26,994 nucleotides of DNA from Nostoc sp. (GTDB lineage Bacteria; Cyanobacteriota; Cyanobacteriia; Cyanobacteriales; Nostocaceae): contig JBALDB010000026.1 in NCBI GenBank assembly GCA_036918135.1, positions 1 through 26,994 of the forward strand, read 5' to 3'. Made by a program: the position numbers and the translations under genes. Below, piece after piece: positions 1-7,178 of the stretch. How positions within the stretch are numbered: position 1 is the first letter of the stretch; each line of letters begins with the position of its first letter. The notes beneath the pieces are model-generated. The model had not been told where the DNA came from, searched no databases, and saw only the letters and a list, made by a program, of their open reading frames with translations.

Positions 1-114
1 CCAATTTAAGTTTTGAGTACCTGCCACACTTGAAGCACGTCCCCTCTAAATGAATTTTTCCAACTTTGAGTTTTGATTTCATTTGCCGGGGATTCTACTG
101 AGACAACTATTTAA

Positions 115-915
115 TCAAACTGCGCGAATCAAAGTACCTTGAGTTGGCGCTCCTGAAACTGCTTTAACTAAATTGCCCGGAATATTCCCATCAATTATCC
201 AACAGTCAATTCCTAAACTGGAAATAGCTAAAAACTCCTCAACTTTCTTAGCCATTCCGCCAGTCACATCTACTGATTCGCTTTTACTCAAGAAAGGTTG
301 AATCTGAGAATAGTTGGCTTGAGTAATATTAGAAAGTATTTGCCCATCTTTGCCGCGCACACCTGGATAATTGCCGGCATTGATTAGTCGAACTTGAAAC
401 TTATGTTGAAGATAGAAATATTTAGCTAGTTCTGCAAGCATTGTATCTGTGGAGAGTATAGTACCACCAATGGCTTTATCTAAAACAACATCACCAAAAA
501 CTAAAGGAATCAAACCTGCTTGTAGACTATTTTCTATTGCCAAAAAATTACTCTCCAATAGTTTTTTGTTATCAGTAACTACCATCGCAAGAGGTGATAG
601 GCTGACTACTGGTAAACTCACTTGTAAAAAAAATTTAGCTAGGAGTAAATTTAAATCTAAAGCATCTTGGTGGACTAAGCAAAACCCTGATTTTTCATCC
701 TCATAGAAAAAACCATCTATTGTATTGTATTTCTGAGCTGATTGGTGAGCGAAAGAACCAGCACCATTGCCTATAATCAATTTCAAATTAGGATTTTCAT
801 GTCTGATTAAGCTCACTTGTTCAACCAGTTGTGCCATAATTTCTGGTCGAGCAGTATAAGGTTTATCCTTATCAGTAATTAAGGAACCTCCGAGTTTAAT
901 TAATACTAGTTCCAT
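115..915 (-). CDS. Isopentenyl-phosphate kinase-like protein (amino acid kinase family, IPK/FomA branch)
   Basis: IKLGGSLITDK, GNGAGSFAH (cf. the IPK HGxGSFGH motif), PLVFGDVV, ILSTD and DVTGGMAKKV motifs. ATG at 915 preferred over 921. Confidence 0.8.
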   Translation of the reverse strand: MELVLIKLGGSLITDKDKPYTARPEIMAQLVEQVSLIRHENPNLKLIIGNGAGSFAHQSAQKYNTIDGFFYEDEKSGFCLVHQDALDLNLLLAKFFLQVSLPVVSLSPLAMVVTDNKKLLESNFLAIENSLQAGLIPLVFGDVVLDKAIGGTILSTDTMLAELAKYFYLQHKFQVRLINAGNYPGVRGKDGQILSNITQANYSQIQPFLSKSESVDVTGGMAKKVEEFLAISSLGIDCWIIDGNIPGNLVKAVSGAPTQGTLIRAV

Positions 916-987
916 AATCAAATCTTAAATAAGAGAAGATGAATACTTTTAGCAAACTTATTATTAGTGTTCACTAATAATTGTTGA

Positions 988-1650
988 TTAGCTTCTCACC
1001 CACGGTAATAGTCTGAATGTACCTCGTTCATAAATAATAAATAGACCCAAGCCAATTAATACAAAAGGTACCACAGCCTTGCCGTAGCGACTTAAAATAT
1101 TTGCGATGGTAGGTTGACGGCTTAACAAATAGGCGATCGCACACCAAACCCCTACCATGACAAAAAATATACCCAGAATTACAGCCAAGCTCTTAAGGTC
1201 ATGACCAGCGAATAGGGGGATATATATACTAATATTGTCACCACCGTTAGCGATGGTTACTGCTGCAACCTTATAAGTTTGGGGATGTAAAATACTCAAA
1301 ATCAAAGACAATATAGGGTTGGTAGGTGTAGAGTGCCTAAAATCAGTGCTTACTGTCTGAACTGTTATAGTTTCTTCTTTTTTAGACACTAATTGTTGAA
1401 CACCAATTACTATTGGTAGCAGTCCTAGCAATCCTATCCATTCTCGCTCTATCGCTAAGCCGCCAAAAAATCCTGGTAAGCTAGCGATGATGATGGCTGT
1501 AAAACCTAAGTATTGACCGAGTAAGATATGCCGCCGCCGAAAATTAACATCTACCTGTGAGAAAAATACTAATAAGATAATGATGTCATCAATATTGGTG
1601 GCACTGAAGGCAATGAGTCCTTCAGTGAAAGCTGTTGCAAGCTTACTCAT
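988..1650 (-). CDS. CadD-family (cadmium resistance transporter, LysE superfamily) membrane protein
   Basis: ATNIDD, LGQYLGF, GLLGLLP and VTIANGGDNISIYIPLF family motifs; several hydrophobic helices. Start MSKLAT chosen by alignment with the neighbouring paralog. Confidence 0.85.
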   Translation of the reverse strand: MSKLATAFTEGLIAFSATNIDDIIILLVFFSQVDVNFRRRHILLGQYLGFTAIIIASLPGFFGGLAIEREWIGLLGLLPIVIGVQQLVSKKEETITVQTVSTDFRHSTPTNPILSLILSILHPQTYKVAAVTIANGGDNISIYIPLFAGHDLKSLAVILGIFFVMVGVWCAIAYLLSRQPTIANILSRYGKAVVPFVLIGLGLFIIYERGTFRLLPWVRS

Positions 1651-1689
1651 GCTGGATGCAAATAACACACATATCACTATACCAAGTTA

Positions 1690-2403
1690 ATGTCCTGGCA
1701 CAACTATGTTACTGCAATTAGTACAGGGGCAATTACGTTTATTGCCACTAACATTGATGATATTGTTATTCTGTTGTTGTTTTTTTCTCAAATAAATTCT
1801 ACTTTTCGCTCTTGGCATATAGTTACTGGTCAGTTTTTAGGTTTTACAGTTTTGTTAATCCTCAGTCTTTCTGGTTTATTCGGTGGGTTAGTTTTATCAA
1901 AAAGCTGGATTGGATTACTTGGATTGCTACCAATTGCCATTGGTATCAGCAGTTTAGTCAATCAAGAAGAAGATTCATTAGAGGAAGTTTTTCCAGAAAC
2001 GGAACATCAAGGAACAATAATTACTAATTTACTATCTCCTCAAACTTACAGCGTAGCAGCCGTTACAGTTGCTAATGGTAGCGATAATATTAGTGTCTAC
2101 GTACCATTATTTGCTAGCAGTAACTTAGAGAGTTTTGTAATAACTATAGGATTATTTTATCTATTATTAGGAATTTGGTGTTATGCAGCATACAGATTAA
2201 CTAACTATAAAATAATAGCCAACGTCTTAACTCGCTATGGCAGTAATCTTGTACCTTTCATTCTTATAGGGTTAGGTGCTTTCATTATATTAAGAAGTGG
2301 AGCTTTGAGCTTGATAAAGCTAGCTGCTAGTTGTTTGTGTTTGATGATTTTGGTAAAAAATAACAAAAGTCAGGATGAAATCGAAGAAAACTCAAGTAGG
2401 TAA
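1690..2403 (+). CDS. CadD-family membrane protein, second paralog
   Basis: ATNIDD, GQFLGF, GLLGLLP and VTVANGSDNISVYVPLF motifs. Confidence 0.85.
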   Translation: MSWHNYVTAISTGAITFIATNIDDIVILLLFFSQINSTFRSWHIVTGQFLGFTVLLILSLSGLFGGLVLSKSWIGLLGLLPIAIGISSLVNQEEDSLEEVFPETEHQGTIITNLLSPQTYSVAAVTVANGSDNISVYVPLFASSNLESFVITIGLFYLLLGIWCYAAYRLTNYKIIANVLTRYGSNLVPFILIGLGAFIILRSGALSLIKLAASCLCLMILVKNNKSQDEIEENSSR

Positions 2404-2569
2404 CGAAGCTGATTTTAAGTAATAACTCAGGAGTCAGAATTCAGAATGACTTTTCAATCAAATGTGATATAACTTCTTGATTATTTTAAACTTCTTAAGT
2501 TGAAGTATTAAGGTCTTCTGACTTCTGAATTCTTGCCTAAAATCTAAAATCTCAAATTGCTTTAGGGAA

Positions 2570-3532
2570 TCAAACTTTGCTCAACCACTCATTTTCCTCT
2601 GGGTCTTTAAACAGTGAGGTACTAAGGTAGCGTTCGCCGAAGCTAGGCTGCACCATGACGATGAGCCGACCTGCATTTTCTGGTCGTTGTGCGACTTGAA
2701 TGGCGGCATACAAAGCAGCACCAGTAGAAATACCAGATAGTAATCCTTCTTCTTTTGCTAAGCGACGACCGTAGGCGATCGCTTGCTCATCTGCAACCTG
2801 AATCACTTCATCTATCAGTTCTGAACGGTAAATTGCTGGGATAAATCCCGCGCCGATACCTTGGATTTTGTGAGGGCCCGATTTACCACCTGCTAATACC
2901 GGACTGTTGCTTGGTTCAACTGCGATCGCTTGAAAACTCGGTTTGCGTCCCTTTATAACTTCTGCAACTCCCGTAATCGTCCCACCAGTACCGACTCCCG
3001 CCACAAGAATATCCACTTGTCCATCAGTATCATCCCAAATTTCTTCTGCGGTGGTTTGGGCATGAATTTGCGGGTTAGCAGGGTTACGAAACTGCTGCAA
3101 CATATAAGCATTAGGGGTTTTAACTACAATATCCTCTGCATGAGCGATCGCCCCTCGCATCCCTTCTACCCCTGGGGTTAACTCTAGTTGTGCGCCATAA
3201 GCTTTGAGCATGGATCGTCTTTCTTGGCTCATTGTGTCGGGCATCGTTAGAATAAGATGGTAACCCTTAGCGGCTGCCACCATCGCTAACGCAATTCCTG
3301 TATTCCCAGACGTTGGCTCTACTAAAACCGTTTTTTGGGGGTGAATCAAGCCTGCTTCTTCTGCCGCTTCCACCATACTTGCGCCAATCCGGTCTTTGAC
3401 AGAAGACGCTGGATTCATGCTTTCTAGTTTCACCACAATTCGAGCAACCGCTCCCGAAGCTTGGGGAATCTTGTTTAATTGAACTAAAGGAGTCCGTCCA
3501 ATTAATTCTGTGATATCTTTAGCGATTCGCAT
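2570..3532 (-). CDS. cysK: Cysteine synthase A (O-acetylserine sulfhydrylase)
   Basis: [10 protein letters not shown] (PLP lysine), [26 protein letters not shown] and [10 protein letters not shown]. Confidence 0.97.
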   Translation of the reverse strand: MRIAKDITELIGRTPLVQLNKIPQASGAVARIVVKLESMNPASSVKDRIGASMVEAAEEAGLIHPQKTVLVEPTSGNTGIALAMVAAAKGYHLILTMPDTMSQERRSMLKAYGAQLELTPGVEGMRGAIAHAEDIVVKTPNAYMLQQFRNPANPQIHAQTTAEEIWDDTDGQVDILVAGVGTGGTITGVAEVIKGRKPSFQAIAVEPSNSPVLAGGKSGPHKIQGIGAGFIPAIYRSELIDEVIQVADEQAIAYGRRLAKEEGLLSGISTGAALYAAIQVAQRPENAGRLIVMVQPSFGERYLSTSLFKDPEENEWLSKV

Positions 3533-3550
3533 ATAAGTACTCCTTTGGGA

Positions 3551-4006
3551 CTAAATGTAATACATCGGACTCTGCTGGGCGCGACTTTCCCTTTCCTGGC
3601 ACAAATCTTGGAGTGTATAACGACCCAAAACTTCAATTGAAGCAGTATTAGCCTGCTCCCAGACTTCATAAACCAGAGTCCTTTCGAGAGTCGCAGATTC
3701 AGAGGGATCTTTTTCTTTTCGCTCGCCTTCAACCAAAGTCACAATTTCCAGCAGGGTGATCTGCCAAGGTTCACGAACTAAAACGAAACCTCCTTTAGAG
3801 CCACGTTGACTCTGCACCACACCAGCACGCCGGAGGTTGGTCAAAATTTGTTCCAGATAGCGCTCAGGTATGGGTTGCTTAGCGGCGATTTCACTCATGG
3901 TTAAAGGAACTTTTTTCCCGTGGTGGCTTGCTAGTTCTAAAAGTGCTAGCAGCGCGTATTCCACTTTGGAAGACAAATCAAGGAGAGAGTAGTTTTGGCT
4001 ATTCAA
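3551..4006 (-). CDS. Rrf2-family transcriptional regulator, CymR-like
   Basis: SSKVEYALLAL, IPERYLEQIL and SQRGSKGGF winged-HTH motifs. It lacks the three-Cys Fe-S motif of IscR/NsrR and ends MYYI. It lies 18 bp upstream of cysK. The start is uncertain; TTG at 4006 is proposed rather than 4099. Confidence 0.9.
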   Translation of the reverse strand: MNSQNYSLLDLSSKVEYALLALLELASHHGKKVPLTMSEIAAKQPIPERYLEQILTNLRRAGVVQSQRGSKGGFVLVREPWQITLLEIVTLVEGERKEKDPSESATLERTLVYEVWEQANTASIEVLGRYTLQDLCQERESRAQQSPMYYI

Positions 4007-4018
4007 GACTGTACTCAA

Positions 4019-4043
4019 TATACTACGGTGAATTGAGGGATTT
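4019..4043 (+). promoter_or_regulatory. Putative sulfur-regulon operator (site A)
   Basis: TATACTACGGTGAATTGAGGGATTT, 17/25 identical to site B; immediately upstream of the proposed rrf2 start. Confidence 0.55.
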
Positions 4044-4120
4044 ATCGCAGTTTGTGCGAAATTTATTTTTTCCAAGTGTCGGATGTGATAGCATCCCACT
4101 TATGGCCCACAAAAACACTA

Positions 4121-4145
4121 TAATCTATCGACTTACCGTAGATTA
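4121..4145. promoter_or_regulatory. Putative sulfur-regulon operator (site B), 25-bp palindrome
   Basis: TAATCTA-N11-TAGATTA, perfect 7-bp arms, in the rrf2/cysE divergent promoter region. Confidence 0.65.
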
Positions 4146-4239
4146 TTATTTGAGAAAATTCCCATAAATGCTTGATTTTTGAGTGGGAATTATCTGAGTT
4201 TGGGAACTCCAAAAAATCAAACTAAAATCTCAAAAGAGT

Positions 4240-4968
4240 ATGCTACTAACAGATTTGCGAACCATTTTTGAGCGTGACCCAGCAGCGCGTAACTGGCTAG
4301 AAGTATTGTTCTGTTACCCTGGATTTCAGGCGTTACTGTTCCATCGAGTGGCACACTGGCTGTATAAACTTGGAATTCCCTTTGTACCTCGGTTTATCTC
4401 TCATCTTAGTCGGTTTTTCACTGGAATTGAAATCCATCCTGGGGCATTAATTGGCAAAGGAGTGTTTATTGACCACGGTATGGGAGTAGTGATTGGCGAG
4501 ACAGCGATCGTCGGTGACTATGCCTTGATTTATCAAGGTGTAACCCTTGGTGGTACCGGTAAAGAAACAGGCAAGCGCCATCCAACTATAGGTTCTCATG
4601 TAGTTGTAGGAGCAGGAGCCAAGGTATTAGGAAATATTCAAATTGGCGATCGCGTCCGCATTGGAGCAGGTTCAGTAGTGCTGCGAGATGTGCCCAGCAA
4701 CACTACCGTTGTTGGGATTCCAGGCCGCGTGACTCGTCAGAACAATTTACCCGGCGAAGTTCTAGATCATGATAAAGTCCGGGACGTGGAAGCTGAAGTC
4801 ATCCGCGCTTTGTTTGAACGAGTCAAAGCTCTAGAGAAACAGTTACAGGAGTTAGAAGACCAATCAAGCTCAGTAGAAAACGAGCTTGGCTACGAACAAA
4901 CAAACAAATCTAAGAGCAATAATTCTGATGGAATGATTGAAGATTTTCTGGATGGTGCCGGAATTTAG
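4240..4968 (+). CDS. cysE: Serine O-acetyltransferase
   Basis: [28 protein letters not shown] and GKRHPT motifs; hexapeptide repeats; C-terminus FLDGAGI. Confidence 0.97.
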   Translation: MLLTDLRTIFERDPAARNWLEVLFCYPGFQALLFHRVAHWLYKLGIPFVPRFISHLSRFFTGIEIHPGALIGKGVFIDHGMGVVIGETAIVGDYALIYQGVTLGGTGKETGKRHPTIGSHVVVGAGAKVLGNIQIGDRVRIGAGSVVLRDVPSNTTVVGIPGRVTRQNNLPGEVLDHDKVRDVEAEVIRALFERVKALEKQLQELEDQSSSVENELGYEQTNKSKSNNSDGMIEDFLDGAGI

Positions 4969-5161
4969 GGAATAGGGCGCTTGTAGTAAGCGTCTACACA
5001 GCGTCTTGTAGAGAACCCGAAGTATTGGGAAGTGCAAAAGATGAGAGAGATGAGGAGATGGGGAGAATTCCTAATTCAACAGTCAACACCCCCATACTTC
5101 ACTCTCTCTATAAAAACATTATTAATTTCAATATACATGAGCTTTTATAACCTGATATATA

Positions 5162-5186
5162 TATACTACGGTTAGTTTATCCAATA
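5162..5186 (+). promoter_or_regulatory. Putative sulfur-regulon operator (site C)
   Basis: TATACTACGGTTAGTTTATCCAATA; shares an exact 12-mer ATATACTACGGT with site A and ends 13 bp before the cysR ATG. Confidence 0.55.
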
Positions 5187-5199
5187 ACAGTATTATAAA

Positions 5200-5787
5200 A
5201 TGGTTTCTCTATACACAAATTTTACTAATCTACCAAGTAATAATAGGCAAATTTTTGCACGTCGCTCATTTCTACCAGAATATCCAAACGGTCTGTGGAA
5301 GATTGAAACGGGTTTTGTCAGGACTTATACTTATTTAGAAGATGGTACAACCGTGGCTCTGGGATTGTGGGGGCCTGGAGATGTGGTTGGAAAAACTTTG
5401 TCAAAATTAGAACCCTATCAGATGGAATGCTTAACTAAAGTAGGGGCAACAGTCTTAGCTTTAGAGGAGTGGACTCAACTAACAGAAACTTTACTTAGCC
5501 ATATCCAACAGGCTCAAGAATTGATGGTGATTCGTAGCTATAAAAAAGTAGATACTATGCTCATCAAGTTATTGGTATGGTTATCTAAAAAGTTTGGTTC
5601 GGAAGTTGAGAAGGGACGTTTAATAGATATGCGCCTAACTCATGAAGACTTGGCAGAAATGCTGGGTTCAACTCGTGTAACCATCACTCGTGTTCTTGGG
5701 CAGTTTGAGCAAGAGGGCTTAATCGATCGCCTCTCGTTGCATCGAATTGTGCTACGAGAAGAAGATATTTGGTACTACGAAATTTAA
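5200..5787 (+). CDS. cysR: Crp/Fnr-family regulator, cyanobacterial CysR-like
   Basis: LTHEDLAEMLGSTRVTITRVL Crp-type HTH; shortened N-terminal effector domain (LGLWGPGDVVG); sulfur-gene context. Confidence 0.8.
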   Translation: MVSLYTNFTNLPSNNRQIFARRSFLPEYPNGLWKIETGFVRTYTYLEDGTTVALGLWGPGDVVGKTLSKLEPYQMECLTKVGATVLALEEWTQLTETLLSHIQQAQELMVIRSYKKVDTMLIKLLVWLSKKFGSEVEKGRLIDMRLTHEDLAEMLGSTRVTITRVLGQFEQEGLIDRLSLHRIVLREEDIWYYEI

Positions 5788-5829
5788 GTTTGGGGGAGAT
5801 GGGGGAGTTCTGAATTCTGAATTCTTTAA

Positions 5830-6474
5830 TTAGCGATCGCCATAAACGCTAGATAAATCCAACCAAATCGGTAGTCCGAGTTTTTCTAAATAACTCAGAC
5901 TAGAGTAGAGTTGCTTTGTTCTACCCCATAAATCCAAATCAAACCAGCCGTCATCTTGGTTGTCGGGTCTAAGTATAGCACTGGTGATATTGACTGTTAA
6001 TCCATAACAAGAAACTAACTTGGAAATCACGGGTTCTTCGTAGTAGGTTTTCAAGACACACAGTTGCAAGCGCAATCGATTGGTCTGACCTAGAGAAATC
6101 CATTGCTGAAATTGTTCTTGCCATTGATTTGTCAGCGATGTAGAGTTTCTAGGGCTGAGTTTATCAGCGGAATCTGGGAAGGGTAAGGAGTGTTGGGTAG
6201 AGTGAATTTGAGTAGCGATCGCTAGTTCTACTAAATTTACTCCTAATCCTTGCAAGTAAGATAAGCTATTTGTCAGCTTTTGGGGATTTCCCGAAAGTTC
6301 TAAATCAAACCAGCCATCGTTGTCAGTATCTAATGTCAAGGATGCAGCTTTGATATTGACGGTTAAATCATAACGAGACACCAGTCGGGAAATTACAGGT
6401 TGCCTGTAATATCGCCCAGGCACGAGAATTCGACTGTAGACTGAAGCAGGTTTTACGGATTTAGTGGCAGACAT
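5830..6474 (-). CDS. Protein of two tandem NIL domains
   Basis: Two repeats: YYRQPVISRLVSRYDLTVNI..DGWFDLEL and YYEEPVISKLVSCYGLTVNI..DGWFDLDL. Both are homologous to the ORF at 10144-10410. Confidence 0.85.
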   Translation of the reverse strand: MSATKSVKPASVYSRILVPGRYYRQPVISRLVSRYDLTVNIKAASLTLDTDNDGWFDLELSGNPQKLTNSLSYLQGLGVNLVELAIATQIHSTQHSLPFPDSADKLSPRNSTSLTNQWQEQFQQWISLGQTNRLRLQLCVLKTYYEEPVISKLVSCYGLTVNITSAILRPDNQDDGWFDLDLWGRTKQLYSSLSYLEKLGLPIWLDLSSVYGDR

Positions 6475-6490
6475 AACTTCATTCCCAATA

Positions 6491-6519
6491 GCGATGCCTA
6501 TGGCGGGCTGCGCCTACGC
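6491..6519. mobile_element. SDR5-type 21-nt small dispersed repeat inserted in a HIP1 site
   Basis: GCGAT[GCCTATGGCGGGCTGCGCCTA]CGC; removing 6496-6516 restores GCGATCGC. Confidence 0.85.
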
Positions 6520-6623
6520 AATTTTTGGTCAATAGACAATCTTGCTGATGCTGTACATCTGCAACTCAACTGTGCTGACTTGGATGCCAGCCTTACAGAG
6601 ATTTTCATCTTTTTTACTCTAAT

Positions 6624-6648
6624 CAAACTACTGTAAATCTATCAAATT
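6624..6648 (+). promoter_or_regulatory. Putative sulfur-regulon operator (site D)
   Basis: CAAACTACTGTAAATCTATCAAATT, 16/25 identical to site B; 150 bp upstream of the tandem-NIL gene. Confidence 0.45.
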
Positions 6649-7178
6649 AATGTATTTATTTATCATGTAAAGGAGGGTCTCATAAAGCCCAGAAAAAAAC
6701 AATAAGTAAATTTACGTAAAATATACTTAATTTATGTAAATTAATTGAACATCAAATTGACAAATTATTTTAAATTTGATAAAGGTGTCATATAAGAATT
6801 AAGTGTTTCCAAAGATTGAAACGCAATTTTAAGGTTTTTTAATCGAAATTAATTGACTGGCTAGTGGGCGATCGTATTAATTCTGATAGGTTGCGAATTT
6901 GGCAATTTAATCATCCATCATAATTAATGATCGGTAAAAAACTAGGGAGACTCACGTCAAAACCTACTGGCAAAATTGGGATGCCTGATTTTAATTTTTA
7001 AGGTATCCGACGAATCAGTGTCACCCTTAAGTGTGCTTACTTTACAGGAACACACAGCAAGTCCCTATAGTTTTGAAAATTTGGTGTTGCAGGTAAAGTC
7101 TTGTACGTGCGAGTTTCAGAGTTGCCTGATGCCAGATATGAGTTACTCCCACAATTACAAAAAACATAGAAGAAAATC

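Noticed and set aside
4007..4099. N-terminal extensions in the ORF track (rrf2 to 4099, also sbp to 13592 and NIL-ferredoxin to 26883)
   Set aside because: The extensions have no family similarity and run through promoter or intergenic DNA; downstream starts fit better.
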